64,000 nucleotides of DNA from an uncultured Pelagibacteraceae bacterium (GCA_902518955.1 CABYIR010000005.1:3557-67556), one strand, 5' to 3'. Counted from the stretch's first letter, positions 24,420 to 34,394 are shown. The notes: a model not told the origin generated them from the letters alone. Numbers and translations: made by a program.

Positions 24420-25508
24420 TCAATTAAGTAAATTAAGTTTACTCTGTAAAATGTCCCGATCCATATATCCTTGTCTAAAATATCGAGAGTTACTTCTATC
24501 AATATAACCTTTACGACCATGAAAAATTCGATAATTATCAATAATAAGCATATCTCCAGGTTCTTGTTTTATAATTAAATTATTTTCTTCACTCGTTATT
24601 TCATTCCAGAACTTTTTTCTAGCATCTCTATATTTTTTAGTATTTTCTATTGTGTCATAAGGCAATACTTCTGTCCTATTATTGAATCTAACTTGAATAA
24701 CATTTTTATTATCGTCTAACTCAATCAGGCTACATGAATTCTCTAGGCAAGTATCTTTATCTTTATACCTAAAAAACGTTTTATAATTGGTTAAGATATT
24801 AAAAGTTTTTTTATATTTTTCTTTTATCTTTTGAGCAATATTAAATCCATCAGCAAGAGAGTTTTCTCCACCAGATTCACTGTTCTTAATGCAGTGGAGA
24901 AATATATAGCCTTGAGTTGGAAAGCGGTAAGGATTATCAGTATGGTTTTCAAGATTCCTAGATGTCATTGTAAGATCATATGCATTTGCTATACTTTTTA
25001 TATCAGCTATTTCTCCCCAGTTAGTTCTTTTGATTGGGCCAATATCATCAGACAATGACTGAATTCCATTTTTAGTAATAGGAATATTTTTAACATAAGC
25101 AAACCCGTATTTATCAACAGTTCTTAGTATATTCTTAAGCATTAGATTGTTGTAATTTTTAAAATTAAATTTTGTAATTTTTATATTTTTATTATTCCAA
25201 AGCTTTTTATCAGAATTATCTATTTTTGTTTGTATAGATTCCATAAGTAGTTCTGATACGTCATAATAATGAGTAGTATCATCTGAAAATTTTATTGTTA
25301 TTTTTTTATTCGTGATTTTGGTGGAAATAATTTTTAAATTTTTTTTTATATCAGATGCCTCAATCAAGAGTTGTCCTGTTTCACCATCTCGAATATCCTT
25401 ATTTTTACTTCTTTCATAGAGCCATGAAGAGTGAAACGGTATTCTTTTATTTTTATACGAAATTATAAGTACATTGGAAGTGCTACTATTTGAGATTGAT
25501 GGCTTCAT
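24420..25508 (-). CDS. Fe(II)/2-oxoglutarate dioxygenase, TauD/gamma-butyrobetaine hydroxylase (BBOX)-like
   Basis: HTD motif (ENHTDNPYR), GGEN..ADG, distal DNYRIFHGR, DUF971-like N-terminal extension. Confidence 0.85.
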   Translation of the reverse strand: MKPSISNSSTSNVLIISYKNKRIPFHSSWLYERSKNKDIRDGETGQLLIEASDIKKNLKIISTKITNKKITIKFSDDTTHYYDVSELLMESIQTKIDNSDKKLWNNKNIKITKFNFKNYNNLMLKNILRTVDKYGFAYVKNIPITKNGIQSLSDDIGPIKRTNWGEIADIKSIANAYDLTMTSRNLENHTDNPYRFPTQGYIFLHCIKNSESGGENSLADGFNIAQKIKEKYKKTFNILTNYKTFFRYKDKDTCLENSCSLIELDDNKNVIQVRFNNRTEVLPYDTIENTKKYRDARKKFWNEITSEENNLIIKQEPGDMLIIDNYRIFHGRKGYIDRSNSRYFRQGYMDRDILQSKLNLLN

Positions 25509-26125
25509 TTTAAAAAATGATTTTTTATTTCATCAATGAGAATATCATCAATTATTTTCTTTTCAATTGTAATACCTTCATTTTTAATGCTCGTAACTAG
25601 ATTATTATTCAAACCGCAAGGCCTTATTCCTTTATAATTCTCTAAATGAGGATCTATATTTAGAGAAAAACCATGAAAACTAATCCACTTTTTAAATTTC
25701 ATGCCAATACTGGCTATTTTGTATAATTCATTTTCTTTTTCTATAAATATACCATGATGTTCATTGCTTGTTTCAGCTTTAAGTCCAATTCTGCTTAATG
25801 ATTCAATAATTATATTTTCAATTAAAAATATAAATTTTTTTATATCTTTAGATTTTTTCCTTAGGTTTATCATTAAGTAAACTACGCGTTGACCAGGTCC
25901 GTGATAAGTATATTGACCTCCTCTTTCAGACGGAATTACTGGGAATTTTTCTGGCTCTAAGAGATCTTTTTTTTTAGAAAGAGGGCCATAAGTATATATA
26001 TTTGGATACTCTAATAACCATATTAAATCTTCTTTTTTATTGCTGATCATATTATTTACATGAGAATCCATAAAATTTATTGAATTTCGATAATCTTCTA
26101 ATTCTTTAGATATTTTAAATTCCAT
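25505..26125 (-). CDS. lipB: Lipoyl(octanoyl) transferase
   Basis: RGGQYTYHGPGQ, KIASIG, HGFSLN, PCG. Confidence 0.96.
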   Translation of the reverse strand: MEFKISKELEDYRNSINFMDSHVNNMISNKKEDLIWLLEYPNIYTYGPLSKKKDLLEPEKFPVIPSERGGQYTYHGPGQRVVYLMINLRKKSKDIKKFIFLIENIIIESLSRIGLKAETSNEHHGIFIEKENELYKIASIGMKFKKWISFHGFSLNIDPHLENYKGIRPCGLNNNLVTSIKNEGITIEKKIIDDILIDEIKNHFLK

Positions 26126-26158
26126 TTTAAATGATCTTAATGGTATATATTAATTATT

Positions 26159-27535
26159 ATGACTGAATCTATAGCTGAAATATCCAAAAATCAAAAAATA
26201 ATCTTCAATAATGAATTTATTGATAAAATTATTGTTGATATTGAAGCAGCGAATAATTTAGAAATTAAATCTTCATTAAAGGGTTTGCATGCCGCTGACA
26301 TCGCGGAGCTATTAGAATTTCTAAGTACTGATCAAAGAACTTATTTACTTAATCAACTAGATAGTAGTGACTATACTGATGTTCTGGCGGAACTAGATGA
26401 TAGTATTATTGATCAGACAGTAAACTTACTTCAACACGAAAAAGTTGCAAAATCTATTTCTGATATGGAAACAGATGATGCTGTCGGGCTGATAGAGTCA
26501 CTTGAACCAGATACTCAAAAGAAAATACTTGATAAAGTTTCAGCTGAAGATCGAGAAATTTTCAATGAAAGTTTAAACTATCCAGAAGATACAGCTGGAA
26601 GACGAATGCAAAAAGAAATAGTTTCAATGCCATCTTTTTGGACTGTTGGGCAGGCTATTGACTATCTAAGAGATGAAGAGGAGCTGCCTGAAGATTTTTT
26701 TGAACTTTTTATTGTCAATCCGAGTAATAAGCCATTAGGCAGTGTCTCAGTTTCTAAAGTCTTAAGATCAAACAGAAAAATAAGATTAAGTGATATTACT
26801 ATTGAGAGTCCAATATTTATTCCTGCAGATATGGATCAGGAAGAAGCAGCAATGACATTTGAAAAATATTCTCTCGTTTCTGCTGGAGTGGTTGACAAAA
26901 ATGGTAGACTAATTGGTAGATTAACCGCAGATGATATTATGTGGGTGCTCCAGGAAGAAGCTGAAGAAGATATACTTAGAATGGGTGGTGTAATTGAAAC
27001 GGAAATGAACCAGGGAATAATCAAATCAACTAGAAAGAGATTTATTTGGTTATTTTTAAATCTTCTTACCGCTATTCTTGCGTCAATTGTGATTAGTTTT
27101 TTTGATGCAAGTATTGAAAAAATGGTTGCCCTTGCCGTATTGATGCCAATTGTAGCTTCCATGGGAGGAAACGCTGGAACACAAACACTAACTTTAACAG
27201 TTAGGGCATTAGCAACAAAAGGTTTAGTTCAAAACAATAGAAGAAAAATATTTTCAAAAGAAATTTCTATTTCAATTTTAAATAGTATTATCTTTGCGAT
27301 AATCACGGCAGTAGCAGCTCAATTATGGTTTCAAGATTTTTATTTATCTATCATTGTCGGATCAGCAATGATAGTAAATATACTTTCTGCGGGTTTTTTT
27401 GGATTCCTTATTCCGTACGGATTAAATTATTTTAGAGTTGATCCTGCTATCGCTTCTAGTGTTTTTGTGACAACTATTACTGACGTTGTTGGTTTCCTAT
27501 CTTTTCTTGGCTTAGCCTCAATATTCTTATTCTAA
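26159..27535 (+). CDS. mgtE: Magnesium transporter MgtE
   Basis: N-domain, CBS pair (YPEDTAGRRM), GGNAGTQ, DPAIAS.VFVTTITD. Confidence 0.96.
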   Translation: MTESIAEISKNQKIIFNNEFIDKIIVDIEAANNLEIKSSLKGLHAADIAELLEFLSTDQRTYLLNQLDSSDYTDVLAELDDSIIDQTVNLLQHEKVAKSISDMETDDAVGLIESLEPDTQKKILDKVSAEDREIFNESLNYPEDTAGRRMQKEIVSMPSFWTVGQAIDYLRDEEELPEDFFELFIVNPSNKPLGSVSVSKVLRSNRKIRLSDITIESPIFIPADMDQEEAAMTFEKYSLVSAGVVDKNGRLIGRLTADDIMWVLQEEAEEDILRMGGVIETEMNQGIIKSTRKRFIWLFLNLLTAILASIVISFFDASIEKMVALAVLMPIVASMGGNAGTQTLTLTVRALATKGLVQNNRRKIFSKEISISILNSIIFAIITAVAAQLWFQDFYLSIIVGSAMIVNILSAGFFGFLIPYGLNYFRVDPAIASSVFVTTITDVVGFLSFLGLASIFLF

Positions 27536-28365
27536 ACCTTAATATTATCTATTAGTCTGGTTTTATTGATAAAGACGGCAGCAAAAAGTCGTTTATTAGT
27601 AGAATTTATATTTGCTTTTCTGAGATCATCTGTTCTAACTTCTAAATAATCAATTTTAGTAAAACCTGCGTTTAATAATTCATTCTTATATTTTATCAAA
27701 GATTTAGAAATATTTTTTTTATCATTTATATCTTTTTTAGTAAGTTTAAGAAATTTATAGAGTTTATTTGCTATTTTCATTTCTTCTATTGAAAGATATT
27801 GATTTCTTGATGACATAGCTAGTCCAGAATTTTCACGAATGGTTTTCGATGAAATTACCTTACTTTTAAAGCCTAACTTTTTAAGAAGTTTTTTGATAAA
27901 TATATATTGTTGATAGTCTTTTTCTCCAAAGTATGACTTATCAGGATTAATAATCGAAAATAGTCTAATTATAATATCTGCAACACCTGGAAAATAATTA
28001 GGCCTATATCTTCCACATAAGATATTTTGAATTTTCAATGGTTTATACTTATAAGCTGAGGTTTTATAATCAAACATTTCTTTTCTGCTTGGAATGAATA
28101 ATAATTCCACTTTTAACTTTTTTAATTTTTCAATGTCATTTTTTATATCTACAGGATATTTATCTAAATCCTCTTTAGGACCGAATTGTTTTGGATTAAT
28201 AAAAATACTTACAACAGTAAATTCTTTTCTTTTTTTTGCTTTTTTAATTAATGATAAATGACCAAGATGGAGATATCCCATCGTTGGAATAAGAGATAGA
28301 CATTTATTTTTTTGTATTTTATTTAATTCGATTTTTAATGATCTAATATTTTTGCAAATTTTCAT
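27532..28365 (-). CDS. panC: Pantoate--beta-alanine ligase
   Basis: PTMGYLHLGH, FINPKQF, FGEKDYQQ, GLAMSSRN, RLIDN. Confidence 0.96.
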   Translation of the reverse strand: MKICKNIRSLKIELNKIQKNKCLSLIPTMGYLHLGHLSLIKKAKKRKEFTVVSIFINPKQFGPKEDLDKYPVDIKNDIEKLKKLKVELLFIPSRKEMFDYKTSAYKYKPLKIQNILCGRYRPNYFPGVADIIIRLFSIINPDKSYFGEKDYQQYIFIKKLLKKLGFKSKVISSKTIRENSGLAMSSRNQYLSIEEMKIANKLYKFLKLTKKDINDKKNISKSLIKYKNELLNAGFTKIDYLEVRTDDLRKANINSTNKRLFAAVFINKTRLIDNIKV

Positions 28366-29054
28366 TTTAATAAATTAGACAAGTCAATTTTTTCAAAAAT
28401 TATATTATCAGCTTTTACATGAGCTTCTTTAAATTTTTCTATTGAATTAATTGTCCACGCTACAATTGGAATTTTTTTATTTTTTGCTTCTGTAACGATT
28501 GCATCATTAATAAATTTGATATCATATGATAAAAAATCAATATTAAGGTCTTTTAACTCATTGATATTTATATCTAAATTGCTTCCTATCAAGCCATACT
28601 TAATGAATGGAGCATTAGTTTTAAACCACATGATTGTATTTATATCAAATGATTTTACACAGACTGGCCCATCATAAGATTTTAAGATTTCGGTTAGTCT
28701 TTCCTCAATAAATGGATGATTGCCACTTTTAATCTCAATCATAAGAGGAGTTTTTCCGTTTACAGCATATAACACTTCGTCAAGTGTTGGAATTGAAGAG
28801 TCAGTATCTAAAAGTAAGATATCACGAAGTTCTTGTGACGTAAGATTTTTAATTTGTATGTCTTTATTTGCTAGTCTTTTCAGGTCATAGTCATGAAAAA
28901 CAATTGCTTCATGATCTTTGCTCATAACTACGTCAAGTTCTATTGCGTAATCATTGTCTATTGCGTTATTAAATGATGCAAGAGTATTTTCTACTATATT
29001 TATATTATCAAACAGTCCTCTATGAGCAATTGGCCTTTTAAGGAAATTGTTCAT
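28362..29054 (-). CDS. Glycerophosphodiester phosphodiesterase family protein
   Basis: IAHRG, ENT, IELDV, VFHD, IEIK, WT.N. Confidence 0.9.
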   Translation of the reverse strand: MNNFLKRPIAHRGLFDNINIVENTLASFNNAIDNDYAIELDVVMSKDHEAIVFHDYDLKRLANKDIQIKNLTSQELRDILLLDTDSSIPTLDEVLYAVNGKTPLMIEIKSGNHPFIEERLTEILKSYDGPVCVKSFDINTIMWFKTNAPFIKYGLIGSNLDININELKDLNIDFLSYDIKFINDAIVTEAKNKKIPIVAWTINSIEKFKEAHVKADNIIFEKIDLSNLLK

Positions 29055-29516
29055 TTAATTGTCTATAAAAAATATAGATGAAATTTCTACGCATGCATTT
29101 TTCGGAAGAGAATTACATCCAACTGCAATCCTTGAATGCTTGCCATTTGAACCAAATATATCAGTTATTAAGTCAGAAGCACCATTAATTACTTCTGGAT
29201 GATTATCAAAAGATTCTTCAGAATTAACAAATCCAGAAATATTTATACATTGTATATTTTCAATATCTATATCGTTAGTTGCTTCTATTATTAATGGCAA
29301 TGTATTAATTATACATACTCTTGCAGCCGATTTTGCATCTTCAATACTCACAGAAATAGGAACTTTTCCAGTAGAAATTTCTCCAGAAGCAATGGGAAGT
29401 TGCCCAGATATATATATTAGATTATTTATTATTTTATATGGAACATAACTACCCAAAGCTGGATTTACTTCAGGTATTGAAATACTAAGTTCTTTAAGTT
29501 TATCTATTAATTTCAT
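29055..29516 (-). CDS. RidA/YjgF family protein
   Basis: YVP, ISGQLP, INGASDL, GKHSR.AVG..LP...VEI; ATG at 29516 preferred. Confidence 0.9.
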   Translation of the reverse strand: MKLIDKLKELSISIPEVNPALGSYVPYKIINNLIYISGQLPIASGEISTGKVPISVSIEDAKSAARVCIINTLPLIIEATNDIDIENIQCINISGFVNSEESFDNHPEVINGASDLITDIFGSNGKHSRIAVGCNSLPKNACVEISSIFFIDN

Positions 29517-30162
29517 TTTCAATATAAATATATATCTCTTTCCAGCTATTTGCACGAATATCTGCTTGATCAGGCGTAATGGCTAGTTTTGATAGTTCTT
29601 TGTTAGAAATATAATGAATTGTTTTTACTTGATCAGCATGATCCTTGGATGAAATTATATGCGGAGCTAAATCATCAATAAAGAAATTTTTATTTTTATG
29701 ATTAGAAATTAATTCTTTTATTATCTTTCCTTTTGGCCCAGACCCAGCAATCATTGGTAAGTCTAATCCATTGTTTTTGAAACATATTCTGCGATCTTCC
29801 AGATATTTATACGGTATATTAGTTAATACAATTATTTGGAAATTTAGTTTTTCAATTAATAGCTTTATATATTTAATTGAGTCCTTCGCAAACGTTATAA
29901 CTCTTGCATTTGTTTTAAAGAAATTTTCAAGATGAAAGCTTACCTGATTATTTTCAATAGCATTATTGGAATGATCTTTTATATTTCCGAATAAAGAATA
30001 CGAAGATAAATCGTACCAAAGATTATTTTTCTTAAGATATTCTTGAAAACATGAAACAAAATTTAAAAGAACTTCATCAGCATCTGTGATTAATAGAGGT
30101 TTATCAGGTATAATCTCAATATCTTTTATTTGTCTTATTAGACCATCAGAAAGAGATTGCAT
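29500..30162 (-). CDS. Conserved HAD-superfamily protein (possible nucleotidase)
   Basis: LITDADEVL (DxD motif I), LTN (II), GPKG (III), FFIDD (IV). Confidence 0.7.
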   Translation of the reverse strand: MQSLSDGLIRQIKDIEIIPDKPLLITDADEVLLNFVSCFQEYLKKNNLWYDLSSYSLFGNIKDHSNNAIENNQVSFHLENFFKTNARVITFAKDSIKYIKLLIEKLNFQIIVLTNIPYKYLEDRRICFKNNGLDLPMIAGSGPKGKIIKELISNHKNKNFFIDDLAPHIISSKDHADQVKTIHYISNKELSKLAITPDQADIRANSWKEIYIYIENEINR

Positions 30163-30166
30163 TAAT

Positions 30167-31657
30167 TTATCTGGTTTCGATCAATGTAAGCTTTGATTGT
30201 GTATATTGATCTAAGGCTTCCAAAGACTTATCTCTTCCAAATCCTGATTGTTTATATCCACCATGTGGAAGGGACATATCTCCATCACTAAGACTGTTAA
30301 TCAAAACTTTTCCACTCTTAATTCTTTTAGCTAATTTATGAACTCTATTAAGATCATTTGACCAGATAATTGCATTTAAACCATAAGATGTGTCATTAGC
30401 TATTTGAAGTGCGTCATCTTCATTTTCAAAATCGATAGAACACAATACTGGGCCAAAAATCTCTTCTTTTGCAACTTTCATATCATTTTTTACATCTTTT
30501 AATATTGTTGGACTTATATAATAACCACCAGAGTCTTGTTTTACTTGTTCTCCACCAGTTAATACATTAGCGCCTTCACTTTTTCCTGTATCTATATAAT
30601 CAAGAATTCTTTCTGTTTGAGTTTTATCGACGATTGAGCCCATTAAAGTTTCTGGTTTAAACGGGTCATCGGGCATCCATGGTTTAGAATATTCGCTAAC
30701 TTTTTCAAGAAATTCATCCTTAATTGATTTTTCAATCAGTAGTCTTGATGGCGCATCACATACTTGGCCACTATTCCCGAACATTCCATCAGCAGCCATT
30801 TTTGCTGCGTGATCTAAATCAGGGGCGTCGGCAAAAATAATGTTTGGCGATTTCCCTCCACACTCAAGAGACACCCTCTTCATATTTGATTGACCAGAAT
30901 AAGATAAAAAATATCGGCCAACTTCAGTTGAGCCAGTAAAACCAAGTTTATCTACATCCATGTGCATGCCCAATGCTTTACCGGCAGTTGGACCAAATCC
31001 AGGTACAACATTAAATACACCTTCAGGCATACCGGCTTCAACTGCAAGCTCAGCTATCCTTAGTGCTGATAGAGGTGACTGTTCTGCTGGCTTAAGAATA
31101 AAACTATTTCCAGTCGCTAATGCAGGAGCAAATTTCCAACATGCCATAAGTAATGGATAATTCCACGGAGTAACTGCCCCAACAACTCCAATAGGCTCAC
31201 GAGTAATAGTGGCTATGATATTATCTCCTGTTGGAGCTACATCATCATAAATTTTGTCAATCGCTTCCGCATACCATTTTGTACAGTTAATGCATGCAGC
31301 AATATCACCAGTAGCTCTAGTAATTGGTTTACCCATATTTAAAGTTTCAAGAATCCCTAGTTCTAAAATATTTTTTTTCATGAGGTCTGCAAAATTGAAA
31401 AGTATTTTTTTTCGTTTGCTTGGAGCCATTCTTGACCAAGATCCCTTCTCAAAAACTTCTCTGGCAGCCATAACGGCTTTGTTTATGTCTTCGACATCAC
31501 ATTCAGCTATATTAGTAATAATCTTTCCATCAACTGGACTTATACTTTCATAGGTTTTGCCAGAAGTTGAGTCAACATAATTTCCACCTATAAATGCTTG
31601 TGTTCTGAAATCTAAACTATCTTTTTTATCAATTACATCATTATACGCTAAAGCCAT
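30167..31657 (-). CDS. NAD(P)-dependent aldehyde dehydrogenase, PuuC/KauB-like
   Basis: PWNYP, KPAEQ, FTGSTEVG, LECGGKSPNI, catalytic GQVC, EEIFGP, GGYKQSG.GRDKSL; EAIDKIYD..AP is typical of the PuuC clade. Confidence 0.9.
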   Translation of the reverse strand: MALAYNDVIDKKDSLDFRTQAFIGGNYVDSTSGKTYESISPVDGKIITNIAECDVEDINKAVMAAREVFEKGSWSRMAPSKRKKILFNFADLMKKNILELGILETLNMGKPITRATGDIAACINCTKWYAEAIDKIYDDVAPTGDNIIATITREPIGVVGAVTPWNYPLLMACWKFAPALATGNSFILKPAEQSPLSALRIAELAVEAGMPEGVFNVVPGFGPTAGKALGMHMDVDKLGFTGSTEVGRYFLSYSGQSNMKRVSLECGGKSPNIIFADAPDLDHAAKMAADGMFGNSGQVCDAPSRLLIEKSIKDEFLEKVSEYSKPWMPDDPFKPETLMGSIVDKTQTERILDYIDTGKSEGANVLTGGEQVKQDSGGYYISPTILKDVKNDMKVAKEEIFGPVLCSIDFENEDDALQIANDTSYGLNAIIWSNDLNRVHKLAKRIKSGKVLINSLSDGDMSLPHGGYKQSGFGRDKSLEALDQYTQSKLTLIETR

Positions 31658-31721
31658 ATTTTTCCTTCCAATTTTGAATGAAGAAATACTATATTAAAAT
31701 TAAATGAATTTAAATAATGAT

Positions 31722-34298
31722 TTAAGAATCTGTATCTTTTACAGTTTTCTTTTTAATGGCCTTTTTTTTGACTTTCTTTTTCTTTGATTTGCCATCTTTT
31801 TCAAGTTTTCTCTCGATTAAGTCGAGTGCCTCATCCATACTGATAGTCTCAGGATCGTATTGATCAGGAATAGTTGCATTAATTGTTTTATATTTAATAT
31901 ATGGACCAAACTTACCCTTCATCACTTTAACAGGCTTTTTATCATCTGGGTGATCTCCCAATGTCTTAATTTCTGATGAACTTTTTAATCTTCCAGGTTT
32001 AGCATTAGCTAAAAGACTAACAGCACGGTTGATACCTATTTCAAAAAATTCTGAAATATCTTCTAGACTTGCGTTTTTCTCTGCACAACTAAGATATCCA
32101 CCATATCTACCATAGTTTATAGTAATCATTTCATCACTTTCAGGATGAAGACCAATTTCTCTGGGAAGACTCAGGAGATAATTTGCTTTTGCAAGATCAA
32201 TTTCTGCCGCAGGTATACCTTTTGGAACACTAGATCTTTTTGGTTTATCTTTAGTGTCATTATCGCCCAATTGAATGTAAGGTCCAAACCTTCCACTTAA
32301 TAACTTAATTTCCTTTTTTGTTTCCTCATCAATACCAAGAACTTTATCTTCAACGATTTCTTTCATTTTTTTTGGTGATATTGGTCTTGTGAATTTACAC
32401 TCTGGATAGTTTGAACAGCCCACGAAAGCCCCAAATCTGCTTACCTTTAGGCTTAACTGACCAGAGCAGGTAGGGCACTCTCGAGTAATATCATTTCCCT
32501 CTCCTTCAACAAAAATATGTTTTTTAAGACTCTCATTTAAATGATCAAGCACATTAGTTATTCTTAAATCAGTTACTTCTCCAATATTAGATGAAAAATT
32601 TTTCCAAAATTTATCTAAAAACTCTTTCCAATTAATAGTTCCAGAAGTTATCTCATCAAGCGATTCTTCCATTTCAGCAGTGAATTCATAATCTACATAT
32701 TTTGAAAAAAAACCTTTTAGAAAGCCAGTTATTAAAATAGCTCTATCTTCAGGAACAAATCGATTTTTCTCAACTTCAACATAATTTCTCATTTTTAAAA
32801 CTGAAATGATACTTGCATAAGTTGACGGTCTTCCAATTCCAAGTTCTTCTAATTTTTTTACAAGTGTTGCCTCTGAATATCTAGGTGGAGGAAGGGTAAA
32901 GTGCTGAGAGCTAACTGGTTTGACGTTATCAATATTGTCATTAAGAGTAATGTTAGGTAAATCTTTATCATCTTCACTATCTTCAGACTCAATCATTTCT
33001 GACTTTTTATTGAATTCACTATAAATATTTAAAAAGCCATCAAATGTTTGAATTGATCCGTTTGCCCTTAGCTTTATTGTTTCATTTTCACTAGAAATTG
33101 AGATAGCAGTTCTCTCAAATGATGCAGAGCTCATTTGGCTGGCTAGAGATCTTTTCCATATTAAATTGTATAATTTAAACCCATCTTCATCTAAATACTT
33201 TTTCATATCTTCTGGCTTTCTTAATATGTCTGTAGGTCTAATGCCTTCATGAGCTTCTTGAGCATTTTTAGCCTTTTTACTTTTAAAGCTTCTAATCTTT
33301 TTCGGAAGGTATGATGAATCAAAGTTATTCTGAATAAAATCTCTATATGAATGAATTGCTTCTTTTGACAAATCAGTACTATCAGTTCTCATATATGTTA
33401 TTAATCCAGTTGTTTCTCCATCAATTTCAACACCTTGAAATAATCGTTGAGCGATTTGCATTGTTCTAGATGCTCCAAAGCCAAAAATACTAGAAGCCGT
33501 TTGCTGAAGAGTTGAAGTGGAAAAAGGAGCATCAGGATTTCTTGAAGCTGGTCTTTTAGTAATATCGGTAAATCTAAAATTTTGTCCTTTAAAAGACCCT
33601 GTAACTTTTTTGGCATCTTCTTCATTTTTAAAACTAAATTTATCAACTTTTTCGCCGTTATAATAAGTAAGATTTGCCTCAATGTTATTGCCTACAACAT
33701 CTAAATTTGCTTTTATTTTCCAATATTCTTGAGGGTCAAACGACTCTATTTCAACTTCTCTCTCACAAATAAGTCTTAAAGCAACAGACTGTACTCTACC
33801 TGCTGACTTTGCGCCAGGAAGTTTTCTCCATAAAACAGGAGAAAGGCTAAATCCAAATAAATAATCTAAGGCTCTTCGAGCCAAGTAAGCATCAACTAAT
33901 GAATGATCAAGCTCTCTTGGATTATCAATTCCATTTTTGACTGCAGATTTTGTGATTTCACTGAATACTACTCTTTTAATGGACTTGTCTTTTGTGAGCT
34001 TTTTTTTATTTAGTAATTCAATTATATGCCAAGCAATCGCTTCTCCCTCTCTATCAGGGTCAGTCGCAAGAAAAATATTTGAAGAAGATTCCGCTGCATC
34101 ATAAATTTCTTTAATATGCTTTTTTGATGTATTTGAAACTTCCCATTCAAATGAGAAGTCATTTTCAGGATCTACTGATCCATTTTTTGATGGAAGATCT
34201 CTAACATGTCCAAAGCTTGCAAGGACATTATAATCATTGCCTAGATATTTATTAATTGTTTTTGCTTTAGCGGGACTTTCAACAATAACTAAATTCAT
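31722..34298 (-). CDS. topA: DNA topoisomerase I
   Basis: VESPAKAKTI, ATDPDREGE, SAGRVQS, ITYMRTD; one Zn ribbon, G(R/K)(F/Y)G(P/G)Y C-terminal repeats and a Lys-rich tail. Confidence 0.99.
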   Translation of the reverse strand: MNLVIVESPAKAKTINKYLGNDYNVLASFGHVRDLPSKNGSVDPENDFSFEWEVSNTSKKHIKEIYDAAESSSNIFLATDPDREGEAIAWHIIELLNKKKLTKDKSIKRVVFSEITKSAVKNGIDNPRELDHSLVDAYLARRALDYLFGFSLSPVLWRKLPGAKSAGRVQSVALRLICEREVEIESFDPQEYWKIKANLDVVGNNIEANLTYYNGEKVDKFSFKNEEDAKKVTGSFKGQNFRFTDITKRPASRNPDAPFSTSTLQQTASSIFGFGASRTMQIAQRLFQGVEIDGETTGLITYMRTDSTDLSKEAIHSYRDFIQNNFDSSYLPKKIRSFKSKKAKNAQEAHEGIRPTDILRKPEDMKKYLDEDGFKLYNLIWKRSLASQMSSASFERTAISISSENETIKLRANGSIQTFDGFLNIYSEFNKKSEMIESEDSEDDKDLPNITLNDNIDNVKPVSSQHFTLPPPRYSEATLVKKLEELGIGRPSTYASIISVLKMRNYVEVEKNRFVPEDRAILITGFLKGFFSKYVDYEFTAEMEESLDEITSGTINWKEFLDKFWKNFSSNIGEVTDLRITNVLDHLNESLKKHIFVEGEGNDITRECPTCSGQLSLKVSRFGAFVGCSNYPECKFTRPISPKKMKEIVEDKVLGIDEETKKEIKLLSGRFGPYIQLGDNDTKDKPKRSSVPKGIPAAEIDLAKANYLLSLPREIGLHPESDEMITINYGRYGGYLSCAEKNASLEDISEFFEIGINRAVSLLANAKPGRLKSSSEIKTLGDHPDDKKPVKVMKGKFGPYIKYKTINATIPDQYDPETISMDEALDLIERKLEKDGKSKKKKVKKKAIKKKTVKDTDS

Positions 34299-34317
34299 TT
34301 TCTCAATCTATTAATTT

Positions 34318-34352
34318 GGCGACTTTAAATATTTTTTTTTATTGTTTGTCAA
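34318..34352 (-). promoter_or_regulatory. Candidate topA promoter
   Basis: Minus strand: TTGACA (34352-34347), 19 nt, TAAAGT (34327-34322), CGCC. Confidence 0.4.
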
Positions 34353-34372
34353 ACTTATGAAGAATTTATTCT

Positions 34373-34393
34373 AAATAAACCCAGAATACTGGG
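34373..34393 (-). terminator. Intrinsic terminator after plsY
   Basis: Minus strand CCCAG-TATT-CTGGG-TTTATTT immediately after the plsY stop. Confidence 0.6.
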
Positions 34394-34394
34394 A

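Noticed and set aside
24420-30162. Very AT-rich stretch as a possible horizontally acquired island
   Set aside because: It contains core genes (lipB, mgtE, panC) and no mobility genes; other weakly expressed genes such as era and ribD look similarly AT-rich.
31722-32460. Repeated GxxGxY units and Lys-rich tail in TopA
   Set aside because: These are known TopA C-terminal repeats, ordinary for this group.
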